A stretch of 64,000 nt of DNA from Tepidamorphaceae bacterium (GTDB lineage: Bacteria > Pseudomonadota > Alphaproteobacteria > Rhizobiales > JAKSCL01): the NCBI GenBank assembly GCA_028289445.1, contig JANQPO010000017.1, positions 287,537-351,536 of the forward strand, in the 5' to 3' direction. The notes under the pieces are model-generated. The model was not told where the DNA came from. It made no database searches and worked only from the letters and a program-made list of their open reading frames with translations. Below, piece by piece: positions 1-9,324 of this stretch (its first letter is position 1; every line of letters starts with the position of its first letter). The position numbers and the translations under genes are program-made.

Positions 1-859
1 CTGGATTGAGATCGGCGAACTGCAGGGCGGCGGCACGCAAGGGCACGCCGAATTCCGCACACACATTCTCAATGGCGCCAATCCTGGCACGCATTGGCTC
101 GCTCGGAGCTTCGTACATATAGGTCGCCCCGTCGACGGTGCCTGTCGCCAAGATGCCGGATGCGTAGGGCGCTGCGCATAGGAGAGACGTCCCGTTCTGG
201 GCGCAGATCGGCGCGAGTTCGCGCAGGAGGTCGGCATGATTGAGCAAATTGTACTCCCGCGCGATCATCACACAGTCGAGGCCGCCATGGGCGGCCATCG
301 GCACCGCCGCGGCAAGGTCGTTTGTGCCGAGTCCGACGGCGCCGATCACACCCGTATCGCGCAGAGTCACGAGCATCGGCAGCGCTTCCGCCATCGCTTT
401 AGAGAGCGCCGCATCGAAATTCTCGCCATGCCAGCGATGGCTGACATCGTGGATGATCACGAGATCGATGCGGGCCATGCCGAGGCGCTGTAGGCTATCT
501 TCGAATGACCGAACAGTGCCTGGGCGGCTGTAATCGAACTCCGTTTGGAACGGTGATTTTCCTTGAGCGCCAGCCTCGATATCGGGGATAAGGAGACGAC
601 CCACCTTTGTACTAACGGTCACGTCCGCACGTGGCACCGGACGCAATCCGGCGCCGATCCGATGTTCACTCAGTCCGCTGCCGTAAAAGGGGCTGGTGTC
701 GAAATATCGGATCCCGTGGCGAAGCGCAGCGGCAATCGTTGCGTTGGCCTCGGCTTCGCTTCGTGGAGCCGCATCGCCGGCAAGCGCCGTGCCGCCATAG
801 CCGAGACGGGTCACCTCGACATCCGTGCGTCCAATTCTGCGTGTTGCTGAGTGCTTCAA
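1..859 (-). CDS. aldo/keto reductase family oxidoreductase (3' end outside the window)
   Basis: Absent from the ORF track because no stop lies in the window. My minus-strand translation is open from TTG at 857-859 to position 2: ...RIGRTDVEVTRLGYGGTALAG...IRYFDTSPFYGSGLSEHRIGAGL...RIDLVIIHD...LLCAAPYASGIL...CAEFGVPLRAAALQFADLNP. The TTG overlaps the TGA of the upstream ATPase gene (GTTGA). Confidence 0.75.
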   Translation of the reverse strand, partial: MKHSATRRIGRTDVEVTRLGYGGTALAGDAAPRSEAEANATIAAALRHGIRYFDTSPFYGSGLSEHRIGAGLRPVPRADVTVSTKVGRLLIPDIEAGAQGKSPFQTEFDYSRPGTVRSFEDSLQRLGMARIDLVIIHDVSHRWHGENFDAALSKAMAEALPMLVTLRDTGVIGAVGLGTNDLAAAVPMAAHGGLDCVMIAREYNLLNHADLLRELAPICAQNGTSLLCAAPYASGILATGTVDGATYMYEAPSEPMRARIGAIENVCAEFGVPLRAAALQFADLNP

Positions 860-2616
860 CCTGTCCACCCTTGACCGAGTTGGAATCCCGCGACTTCATC
901 GCGAATGATCGTGGGTTCGGACAGGTCTGCCTGGGCGACCGCCGCAAATTCTTCGTCCAGTGTGCCGCCCGCGCCCCAATGCCTGTTGGGGTCGGGCCAC
1001 GGGATCGAGTCGACCAGCAGTTTCGTATAGGGATGGCGCGGATCGCCGATGACCGTCTCGGGTACCCCGGCCTCAACCACCCTGCCTTTGTGCAGAACCA
1101 GCACATAGTCGGCAACCTCGTAGGCCGTGGCGAGGTCGTGGGTGATGTAGATGACCGAAGCCCCCAGTTCGGCTTTCATCGTCGCCAGATTTCCAAGGAT
1201 TATCGAACGCAGCGAAGCATCTACCATCGAAACGGGTTCGTCGGCCACCAGAAGACGCGGTTTCAGCATGATCGCGCGCCCGACCATCAGGCGCTGCCGC
1301 TGGCCCCCAGACATCTGATGGGCATAGCGGTGAATGGTCTGGGCGGGTTCAAGGCCGACGCTGTGACACGCCTCCACCATATGCCCGAGCGCTTCCTCGC
1401 GCCCTCTGGCGACCCCGAAATTTCTGAGCGGGACCGAGAGCACGTGGTCGACCTTGTAAAAGGGGTTGTAGGACGCGTACGGGTCCTGGAAGATCGCCTG
1501 AACCTCCCGCCGGAACCGGGATGTGGCGTCCTTGCCGGGCCGCAGGATATTCTCGCCGTCAAACCGGACGGTGCCCTGCGTCACCGTTTCGAATCCGAGC
1601 ACTAGCGAGCCCAATGTGGTCTTGCCCGAACCCGATTGGCCGACCACCGCGATGACGCGCGGCTTGTTGCCATCCAGCCGAAACGACAGCGGTTTCAGTG
1701 CTTCGATACGCGAGCGGCCCTTGCGGTACGTCTTGCCGACGTTATCGAGCTCCAGGAGAGGGGTATCGGTGGGCCGGTCTTGGCGCGGGCTCGATATTGG
1801 TGCGGCGGCGGGCTTGCGCTGCAATGATGGGACCGCGTCGATCAGTTGCCGGGTGTAGGCGTGTTCTGGACTGCCGAATATGTCGGCGACATCGCCGTGT
1901 TCGACAACCTTGCCGTCGCGCATCACCATCATCTCGTCGACAAACTGCGCCATTAGTCCCATGTCGTGCCCGATAAGGATGAGCGACGAACCGATCGTCT
2001 CTTGTACCTTGCCGAGGGTTTCCATGACCCGCCGCTGGGTAATGACGTCGAGTGCCGAGGTCGGCTCGTCGGCGATCAGAAGCCGCGGGCCGAGTGCGAT
2101 CGAAATGGCGATGCAGGCGCGCTGCTTCATGCCGCCTGAGAGTTCGTGCGGATACATGCGCCCGACGTTCGGTGGCAGATCGACCTGGGCCAGGAGTTCG
2201 GCAACCCTGTCCGCCGCTTCGCTGCCGCGCAGGTGGTGGCCGTGGTCGGCCATCCCGTCGAGGATCTGGGTTTCGATCCGGGCGACCGGATTGAGGGAAT
2301 TCATGGCGCCTTGCGGGATGTAGCTGACCGTGGCGAGGCGCTGTTGCCGAAATTCCTCTTCCGTAAGGCTCAAGATATCGAGCCCATCGAGGTCGGCTTG
2401 ACCGCTCACCACCCTTCCGGGTGGCTCGATCATCCCCATCAGCGCCAGGGCCGTCGTGGTCTTGCCCGAGCCGCTCTCGCCGACGAAACCCGTTCGCACT
2501 CCCGGCCGGACGGTGAAGTCCACCCCGTCCACCGCCTTCACGATTCCGTCGTCGGTGTAAAACTCTACCCGCAGGTCAGTGACGGAAAGGCCCTTCATAA
2601 CACCGCCATCCTTCAT
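856..2616 (-). CDS. fused double-ATPase subunit of a peptide/nickel (Dpp/Opp-type) ABC importer
   Basis: 586 aa with two Walker A loops (GESGSGKTT, GQSGSGKTT) and two ABC signatures (LSGGMKQR, MSGGQRQR). ATGA overlap with the upstream permease stop. Confidence 0.9.
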   Translation of the reverse strand: MKDGGVMKGLSVTDLRVEFYTDDGIVKAVDGVDFTVRPGVRTGFVGESGSGKTTTALALMGMIEPPGRVVSGQADLDGLDILSLTEEEFRQQRLATVSYIPQGAMNSLNPVARIETQILDGMADHGHHLRGSEAADRVAELLAQVDLPPNVGRMYPHELSGGMKQRACIAISIALGPRLLIADEPTSALDVITQRRVMETLGKVQETIGSSLILIGHDMGLMAQFVDEMMVMRDGKVVEHGDVADIFGSPEHAYTRQLIDAVPSLQRKPAAAPISSPRQDRPTDTPLLELDNVGKTYRKGRSRIEALKPLSFRLDGNKPRVIAVVGQSGSGKTTLGSLVLGFETVTQGTVRFDGENILRPGKDATSRFRREVQAIFQDPYASYNPFYKVDHVLSVPLRNFGVARGREEALGHMVEACHSVGLEPAQTIHRYAHQMSGGQRQRLMVGRAIMLKPRLLVADEPVSMVDASLRSIILGNLATMKAELGASVIYITHDLATAYEVADYVLVLHKGRVVEAGVPETVIGDPRHPYTKLLVDSIPWPDPNRHWGAGGTLDEEFAAVAQADLSEPTIIRDEVAGFQLGQGWTG

Positions 2617-3521
2617 GCTCCGCGTCTCCGCGTGCGGGGGTTTGCCAACTCGTCGAGCCCGGCGCTAACCAGATAGAGGCCGACGAACAGGGTGATCAGC
2701 GCGATGAGCGGCGTCGACCACCACCACCACAGACCCGTTGTGAACGCGCCTTCGAGCATCACCCAGTAGATCGTCATGCCGAGTGTCGGTTCGTTCTGCG
2801 GCCCGAGTCCGAGCGCCTCCAGTCCGACCGAAGCCAACATGGCCGTGGCCACCGCCAGCACGAACGAAGCCATCAAATAGGGGATCAGGTTCGGCATCAG
2901 TTCCTTGAACACGATGCCGAGCCGCGATGTGCCGCCCAGATGCGCGGTTTTGACATAGCCCGCCTCGCGCATGATCAGAACCTGCGCCCTGATCTGCCGC
3001 GTGGGCTGGCGCCAGGCGAGCAGTGAGATGATGATCGCCATCTGGTCGGTATCGAGCTTGCCCGGGATGTTCGTGGCGATTACGACCAGCACGAGAAGCG
3101 GCGGGATCGTCAGGAGCACGTCGGTGAACAGTGAAATCAACGTGTCGGTGATGCCTCGGAAGAACCCGGCGAGGAAACCCAGAACCGCCCCGATGACGAC
3201 ACCCAAAAAGCCCGCGACGAGACCGACCTTGCCGGTCAAAAACGTTCCATAGACAAGGATCGCAAGAAGATCCCTGCCGAACTTGTCGGTGCCGAGGGGA
3301 TAGTCCGCGCCGGGTGGCCTGCTCGGCCGGTTCGAGAGGGGTGCGGCGTCCCGGTAGTCGATGAAGGCTTGTCCGCCAATCGCGACCGCGGCCAGGATCA
3401 ATAGGAGGATGGCGCCGACGACGAGCGATGGATTGCGCTTGAGATAGGCGGAAACGGTCCGCCAACGTCTTGCCGACGTTCCCCAGTCCTCGATTGCACC
3501 CTGATAATCCGCGTTCGCCAT
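2613..3521 (-). CDS. ABC transporter permease, DppC/OppC-like
   Basis: 302 aa multi-TM protein lying between a DppB-like permease and the ATPase, with the usual N-terminal anchor and BPD-type inner-membrane domain. Confidence 0.88.
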   Translation of the reverse strand: MANADYQGAIEDWGTSARRWRTVSAYLKRNPSLVVGAILLLILAAVAIGGQAFIDYRDAAPLSNRPSRPPGADYPLGTDKFGRDLLAILVYGTFLTGKVGLVAGFLGVVIGAVLGFLAGFFRGITDTLISLFTDVLLTIPPLLVLVVIATNIPGKLDTDQMAIIISLLAWRQPTRQIRAQVLIMREAGYVKTAHLGGTSRLGIVFKELMPNLIPYLMASFVLAVATAMLASVGLEALGLGPQNEPTLGMTIYWVMLEGAFTTGLWWWWSTPLIALITLFVGLYLVSAGLDELANPRTRRRGA

Positions 3522-3522
3522 G

Positions 3523-4521
3523 TCAATCGGTCACGCTGGTTCGAATGCGCGGGTCAATGAGCGGGTAAACCAGGTCGAGAACCATCAGCGAGAATCCGAC
3601 CGTCAGGACCAGCATGTAGACGCATCCGAAGATGAGGTAGTAGTCGTTGAGAAGGATCGCCTGATAAAGCAGGCTGCCGAGGCCCGGATAGGAGAACACC
3701 CGCTCGACCAGGACCGCGCCGGTCACCACGTTGGCAAGCGTCAGCACAAGCGCGGTGACCTGCGGGGCAATGGCGTTGCGGACGCCGTAGCGCCAGAAGC
3801 GGCGCGATCCTTTCAATCCCTTGGCCTTGGCGAAAACCATGTAGTCCTCGCCTTGCACGGTCACCATCATGCCTCGCATCGACAGCGCCCAGATGCCGAT
3901 CGAGGCAAGCAGGATGGACATGGCGGGGAGGACGGCGTGGGTCAGGACGCTCTGCGCGAACGTCCAACTCCAGTCCGGTAGGAGCCCGGACGCATAGCCC
4001 TTGCCCGTCGGTAGCCAACTGAGCCGCGAGGCAAAGACATAGATCAGTATGAGTCCGATGAGGTAGAACGGGATGGCGGCCAGGATCATCACGATCGGGA
4101 CGACCGCGTTCACCCACTTTGGCGCGCGGGGCCAGACTGTTAGGGCACCGAGCGGCGTTCCGATGACGAAGGCCAGCAGCGTGGTCGTCAGCATGACTCC
4201 CATCGTCCACGGCAGCGCTTGGAGCACGAGCGTCGAAACACGGTCGGGGAAGTAGGAGATCGAGATACCCAAATCGAAGGTCATCGCATCGTACACGGTG
4301 TTGGCGTACTGGACCCAAAGGGGCCGATCCATGCCGAAACGGCGTTCGAAATCGGCGACGGCTTCCTCGATTCCCTCCATCGTGCCGCCCGACTCGCCCA
4401 TCGACGCGGCGATCATCTCTTCGACCGGGTTGCGGTCTGACAGGCGCGGCATGAGGAAGTTGATCGACGCCGCGATCCAGATGATCACAACCATCATCAA
4501 GAGACGCTGCAGTATGCGCAT
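3523..4521 (-). CDS. ABC transporter permease, DppB/OppB-like
   Basis: The ORF runs 3523..4554. I prefer the internal ATG at 4521 (MRILQRLLMM...) because GGGAGGG lies 7 nt upstream and DppB-type proteins start this way. Confidence 0.88.
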   Translation of the reverse strand: MRILQRLLMMVVIIWIAASINFLMPRLSDRNPVEEMIAASMGESGGTMEGIEEAVADFERRFGMDRPLWVQYANTVYDAMTFDLGISISYFPDRVSTLVLQALPWTMGVMLTTTLLAFVIGTPLGALTVWPRAPKWVNAVVPIVMILAAIPFYLIGLILIYVFASRLSWLPTGKGYASGLLPDWSWTFAQSVLTHAVLPAMSILLASIGIWALSMRGMMVTVQGEDYMVFAKAKGLKGSRRFWRYGVRNAIAPQVTALVLTLANVVTGAVLVERVFSYPGLGSLLYQAILLNDYYLIFGCVYMLVLTVGFSLMVLDLVYPLIDPRIRTSVTD

Positions 4522-4590
4522 GTCCGATCCCTCCCGCGATCCGACGGGGCGCATGGCACCCCGTCGGCTTTTGCGGTTAGAGCGAGGCCC

Positions 4591-6363
4591 TTACTGGACC
4601 GGTTGCACGCCGTGGAGCACCTCCGTGCCGGCGCCCGAGATGAAGCACGGGATGCAGGCGAGGGTGTACGGATTGTCCTCGGTCGGGAAGTTGGTCCAGT
4701 AGGTCGTATTCATCGGAATCGTGTGGTAGCCGAGTTCCAGAGGCACCTCGACCACGTCGCCGAACCAGACATCGAAGGCCTCGCGGAACAGCGGCAGCAG
4801 TTCGTCCCGGTTTTCCGGCGGGATGGCGGCCATCTTGTCGTAGATCGCGTCGAACTCTGGGTTCGCCCAGCGGCTGACGAACATGGTCGACGTTCCGATC
4901 GGCGTCCGGTTTTTGGTGATGTACATGCGCATCGTGTCGACCGGATCGAAAACCGAGCCGCCGTTGTGGCCGAAGATATGCCAGACACTTTCGCCCTTGC
5001 GGAACAGATCGAAACTTTCCGGGGTCTGGCTGTACTCGGCGCAAAAGCCGGCATTGATCAGCTGCTGCACCAGCACCTGGCCGACGGCCGCCAGGACCTG
5101 GTGGACCTCGAGCGGGCCGCCGGCGCACTTGCCGTCCTTTTCCCACATGCCGTCGCCATTGCGCGCGTATCCGGCTTCTTCCATGAGCGCGGCCGATTTC
5201 TCCAGACTGAATTCGCCCGCCTCGTGCTTGTCCACGATGTCTTGGGCCTGCTCCATGTACCAAACCAGCGGAGCATAGTGGGGATAAGGCCAATCGTTGC
5301 GCGTGTTGCCGCCGCCCCATGCGAACTCGATCAACTGCTCCTTGTCGACGGCATAGCGCACGGCCTTGCGCACGCGGAGATCGGCGAACGGGCTGTCTTC
5401 GAGGAGGTGGTTGAAGTAGAGCGAGTGCGGCCACCAGTCCTGATAGGCATAGGGCGGCTCGTCGCCGGTATAAGTGGTCACTGCGTCGGACTTGTCGAGC
5501 ACTGATTTCAACAGGTCCAGCGAGGTGACGAGCTGAGTGGAATCGACTTCGTTGTTCAAAATCATATCGGCGCGGCGAGCATTGTCGCCGATACCGATCG
5601 CCACGACCCGCTCGGGGCCGGGCAGGTCGCGAAATCCGGTTTCAACGCCCCACCAATCGTCCCGCCTGTCCAGCACGATCTGATCCGGTGATGCAAAGAC
5701 GGTCTTCCAGGCTCCGGTGCCGACCGGATAACCCTTTTCCTCGTCGTACCAGGTGAAGGCCGCCTTATCTTCAATGTCGCGCCAGATATGTTCAGGCACC
5801 CAGACCAGCCCGTGGCCGTAGTAGTTGATCAACTGCCGAAACGGATAGCGCGGGTCCGGCGCGTTGAGCTTGATCTTCGCTGTCAGCTTGTCGACGACGT
5901 CCGCGCCGATGACCTGGTTGGACACTTCCTTGGCCTTGCGCATGTTTGCCGGGCCGTTTCCGTTTTCCACCAGCATGTTGATGGTGTAGGCGACGTCTTC
6001 GGCGTCGAAGTCTTCGCCATCCGCCCATTTTGCGCCGGCGCGGACCTTCACGGTCACCTCTGTGAAATCCTCGTTCATTTCGAAGCTCTCTCCGAGCCAC
6101 GGCACGAGGTCGCCGGTGATCGAGTTGAAGTAGAACAACGGCTCGAAATTGTGCATGTGGCCGTTACGATACTCGCCGGCCAGATTGTAATAGTTCGCAT
6201 TTCGCGGCGTTTTCAGGGTTGGCGCACCCTGGCTCCATCCTTCGTGAATGAAGGTTCTCTCGCGCGGCACGTCCTTGACCTGAGCGACGGCGGCGGTGGC
6301 GCCTAGCAGCGTCGTTGCAAGCAGACCACAGAGAAATTTCGTCTTGGTCCTGTGAAACGTCAT
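4591..6363 (-). CDS. ABC substrate-binding protein, family 5 (peptide/nickel type)
   Basis: 590 aa with a Sec signal (MTFHRTKTKFLCGLLATTLLGATAAVAQ) and a GGGAGGAG Shine-Dalgarno upstream. First gene of the transporter operon. Confidence 0.9.
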   Translation of the reverse strand: MTFHRTKTKFLCGLLATTLLGATAAVAQVKDVPRERTFIHEGWSQGAPTLKTPRNANYYNLAGEYRNGHMHNFEPLFYFNSITGDLVPWLGESFEMNEDFTEVTVKVRAGAKWADGEDFDAEDVAYTINMLVENGNGPANMRKAKEVSNQVIGADVVDKLTAKIKLNAPDPRYPFRQLINYYGHGLVWVPEHIWRDIEDKAAFTWYDEEKGYPVGTGAWKTVFASPDQIVLDRRDDWWGVETGFRDLPGPERVVAIGIGDNARRADMILNNEVDSTQLVTSLDLLKSVLDKSDAVTTYTGDEPPYAYQDWWPHSLYFNHLLEDSPFADLRVRKAVRYAVDKEQLIEFAWGGGNTRNDWPYPHYAPLVWYMEQAQDIVDKHEAGEFSLEKSAALMEEAGYARNGDGMWEKDGKCAGGPLEVHQVLAAVGQVLVQQLINAGFCAEYSQTPESFDLFRKGESVWHIFGHNGGSVFDPVDTMRMYITKNRTPIGTSTMFVSRWANPEFDAIYDKMAAIPPENRDELLPLFREAFDVWFGDVVEVPLELGYHTIPMNTTYWTNFPTEDNPYTLACIPCFISGAGTEVLHGVQPVQ

Positions 6364-6418
6364 TGGTTTCTCCTCCCAGTTTTTTCCTTATGCGCGAGCG
6401 CTGACCCAAGCTATATCT

Positions 6419-6482
6419 TTGATCAAATATAAGTCAATAAGGAACGAAAAGTGCCAATCAATGCCAAATGTTGATCAAATAT
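6419..6482. promoter_or_regulatory. two exact copies of TTGATCAAATAT (core palindrome TTGATCAA) in a divergent promoter region; candidate operator
   Basis: Copies at 6419-6430 and 6471-6482, 52 bp apart, in the AT-rich spacer between the SBP gene (-) and the GntR gene (+). Confidence 0.35.
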
Positions 6483-6607
6483 TGGATCCGCGCTAAGAAC
6501 CAAGCGGTTGACGGCCGGCGAGCCCGGAAGAACCGGGTCCGGACCTCGGCCTCGACAGGCGGGACGTGAATTGCTTCGCTGGCAGGGAGCAAACGGAGGA
6601 GAGCATC

Positions 6608-7261
6608 TTGGCGTCGCAATACATCGAAGTCAGCGACCGGATCAGAGAAGACATCATCAACGGAAAGTTCGCCGGCGGCGAACGCTTGAAGCTCGCCGAA
6701 CTGGCGAACCTCTATGCGACCAGTCATATGCCGATCCGCGAGGCGCTCAGGATCCTGAATGGCCAGGGCATCGTCGATTTCACACCCAACAGCGGTATGC
6801 GCGTCCGAGAAATAGACGTGTCGTTCATGATCGATCTCTTCGACGTGCGTTTGGCGCTTGAGGCCGTCCAGGCCCGCCGCGCTGCCGAGCGACTGACGCC
6901 GGCAGCTTCAAATGCGATTTCGTCGGCGAAAACCGAATTCGAATGCGTCTCGGCGGAAAGCGACCGGGACGCTACCCTCAAAGCCAACCATCGCTTTCAC
7001 CAGGCCATCAGCCAAGCGTCGGGCAATCGCGAGGCGACCGAGATTGAGGAACGCCACTATCAGATCTTGAGAATCGTTTGGCAGCGTTATGGCTACGCTT
7101 CCGAACGGCTGGAAGGCGTTATCGAGGATCATCGGCTTTTGACATCGGCGATCCTCGATCAGGATGCCGAAGCTGCCGGGCTTCTGGCGGCCGCGCATGT
7201 CATGCGGGCCAGACGCAATCTGCTGACCAAGATGCGAGGCGTCGAGCGATCCTCGCAATAA
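6608..7261 (+). CDS. GntR-family transcriptional regulator, FadR/FCD subfamily
   Basis: The ORF runs 6566..7261. I prefer the TTG at 6608, preceded by GGAGGAG at 6 nt spacing. wHTH region ...LAELANLYATSHMPIREALRILNGQGIV..., followed by a helical C-terminal domain. Confidence 0.85.
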   Translation: MASQYIEVSDRIREDIINGKFAGGERLKLAELANLYATSHMPIREALRILNGQGIVDFTPNSGMRVREIDVSFMIDLFDVRLALEAVQARRAAERLTPAASNAISSAKTEFECVSAESDRDATLKANHRFHQAISQASGNREATEIEERHYQILRIVWQRYGYASERLEGVIEDHRLLTSAILDQDAEAAGLLAAAHVMRARRNLLTKMRGVERSSQ

Positions 7262-7361
7262 GACGCGATCGCTGATTATGGCTGCAGACGACGTTCTTAT
7301 AGGGATCAAACGCCGTTGAAGCCATGACATCGCCATAACCATAACCTCTTAGAAAGAACCG

Positions 7362-8219
7362 ATGCAGATGGGAAAACTTGACGGCACCGTTTCGATCGTC
7401 ACCGGCGGCGGCCGCGGTATTGGCCGGCACCTGGCGCTCGCGCAGGCGGCCGCCGGCGCAAAGGTGGCCATTGTGGCGCGCGGCCAGGCCGCGCTCGACG
7501 ATACCGTCGCCGAGATCCGGTCCGCCGGCGGCATCGGCTTGGCAGTCGCAGCCGACCTAACGAACCTGGCACAGGTTCAGGAGGCATTTGCCACAGCTTC
7601 CGGGGAACTCGGCCCGGTCGATACGCTGATCAGCAATGCCGGTGTCTTTTTCGGTATCGGCCCGTTCTGGGAGGTCGATGCGGAGACCTGGTGGCGGGAT
7701 ATCGAGGTCAACTTGAAGTCGGCCTTTCATTGCAGCCGGGTCGCTATCCCGGACATGATCGAGCGCGGCTCGGGTCGCATCATCAATTTGATTGGCGGCG
7801 GCACGGCCGCACCCCTACCGATGGGCTCGGCCTATTCGATATCGAAAACCGGAACCATGCGGTTAACCGAGTGCACCGCGGCCCTCCTGGAGGATTCGGG
7901 CGTGTGCTGCTTTGCAATGGCGCCGGGGCTGGTCAAAACCGACATGACCGAATTCCAGCTGACCTCGGAGGCTGGTAGGAAGTACATGGCCGGAACCGCT
8001 AAGCGCTTCGAAGACGGTGACCATCTTCCGCCAAGCCGAGCTGCCGAATTGTCAGTGGAGATCGCATCGGGCCGGTTCGACCGGCTCAATGGTCGCGCGA
8101 TCTCCGCCACTGAGGACCTGGAAAAGGTCGAGGCAACGATCGAAGACGCGCTCGCCCGGGATCGGCGGGTGATGCGATTGATCGGTTTTAACCGGGCGAT
8201 GAAACCACTCGATGACTAG
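7362..8219 (+). CDS. short-chain dehydrogenase/reductase (SDR)
   Basis: TGGGRGIG dinucleotide motif and YSISK (YxxxK) catalytic motif; 285 aa. Confidence 0.88.
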   Translation: MQMGKLDGTVSIVTGGGRGIGRHLALAQAAAGAKVAIVARGQAALDDTVAEIRSAGGIGLAVAADLTNLAQVQEAFATASGELGPVDTLISNAGVFFGIGPFWEVDAETWWRDIEVNLKSAFHCSRVAIPDMIERGSGRIINLIGGGTAAPLPMGSAYSISKTGTMRLTECTAALLEDSGVCCFAMAPGLVKTDMTEFQLTSEAGRKYMAGTAKRFEDGDHLPPSRAAELSVEIASGRFDRLNGRAISATEDLEKVEATIEDALARDRRVMRLIGFNRAMKPLDD

Positions 8220-8959
8220 TGGCTAAGCACCTGATCTAAGAACTCTTTGGCGCGATCGTTTTGCGGATTGGTGAAGAAGGTCTCAGGGTCATTCTGTTCG
8301 ACGATCTGTCCGGCATCCATGAACACCACGCGGTCGGCGACCTTGCGCGCAAAGCCCATTTCGTGTGTCACGCAGACCATTGTCATGCCCTCGCTTGCCA
8401 GCGACACCATCACGTCGAGCACTTCGCCGATCATTTCCGGATCGAGCGCCGACGTTGGCTCGTCGAACAGCATGATGTCCGGCTGCATGCACAGCGAACG
8501 GGCAATCGCGACACGCTGCTGCTGCCCGCCCGATAACTGGGCAGGATGCTTTTGTGCCTGATCGGCAATCTGAACCCGCGAAAGATATGTCATTGCCAGA
8601 TCGTTGGCCTCCGCCGGCGTCGCCTTCTTGGTACGGATCGGCGCCAACGTGCAGTTTTCGAGAACGGTCATGTGCGGAAACAGGTTGAAGTGCTGGAAGA
8701 CCATCGAGACCCGGCGACGGATGGCATCCATGTTCGGAGACCCCGCCCAGATCTCCTCGCCATCGATCTCAATCGTCCCGGACTGATGTTCCTCAAGCTG
8801 GTTGATCGTCCGGATCATTGTCGATTTGCCTGAGCCCGATGGCCCGCACACCACCATCTTCTCGCCTTTGGCCACCGAAAGGGTGACATCGCGCAAAGCG
8901 TGATGACTGTCGTAGAACTTATTCACCTCCCGCATGGCTATGGCCGGGGTTTCGTTCAT
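8216..8959 (-). CDS. aapP: polar amino-acid ABC transporter ATP-binding protein, AapP/BztD-like, with no adjacent permease
   Basis: Walker [10 protein letters not shown], signature [15 protein letters not shown], Walker [13 protein letters not shown]. The sequence reads very much like AapP as I remember it. The ORF opens with TTG at 8974 (TTGA overlap with ridA); the ATG at 8959 has GAGAGGA upstream and is the likelier start. Confidence 0.85.
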   Translation of the reverse strand: MNETPAIAMREVNKFYDSHHALRDVTLSVAKGEKMVVCGPSGSGKSTMIRTINQLEEHQSGTIEIDGEEIWAGSPNMDAIRRRVSMVFQHFNLFPHMTVLENCTLAPIRTKKATPAEANDLAMTYLSRVQIADQAQKHPAQLSGGQQQRVAIARSLCMQPDIMLFDEPTSALDPEMIGEVLDVMVSLASEGMTMVCVTHEMGFARKVADRVVFMDAGQIVEQNDPETFFTNPQNDRAKEFLDQVLSH

Positions 8960-8970
8960 CGGGTGTCCTC

Positions 8971-9315
8971 TCAACCTTTGACAGCAGCCGTGACGATGAT
9001 CTCGACTTTTAGCGCTTGCCGGGCGAGCTTCGCCTCGCCGCAGGCGCGGACCGGCGCATGCCCCTGGGGCACCCAGGCATCCCAGACCGCGTTCATTTCA
9101 GCAAAATCGGCCATGTCGGCCAACCAGATGATGGCTTGCAGCATGTGTTCGCGATCGGAACCCGCCTCAAGCAGAAGTGCATCGATCCGCGACAGGCAGT
9201 CCGCGGTCTGCTCGGCAACCGTCTCACCATCGCCGACCTGCCCGCACAGGTAAGCGACGCCGTTGTGCTTGACGATCTTGCTCATGCGCTGGCCGGTGTG
9301 CTGGCGTTCAATCAT
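8971..9315 (-). CDS. RidA/YjgF-family reactive enamine/imine deaminase
   Basis: 114 aa. [28 protein letters not shown]... N-terminus and overall length are typical of the RidA family. Confidence 0.8.
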   Translation of the reverse strand: MIERQHTGQRMSKIVKHNGVAYLCGQVGDGETVAEQTADCLSRIDALLLEAGSDREHMLQAIIWLADMADFAEMNAVWDAWVPQGHAPVRACGEAKLARQALKVEIIVTAAVKG

Positions 9316-9324
9316 CTGCTCATC

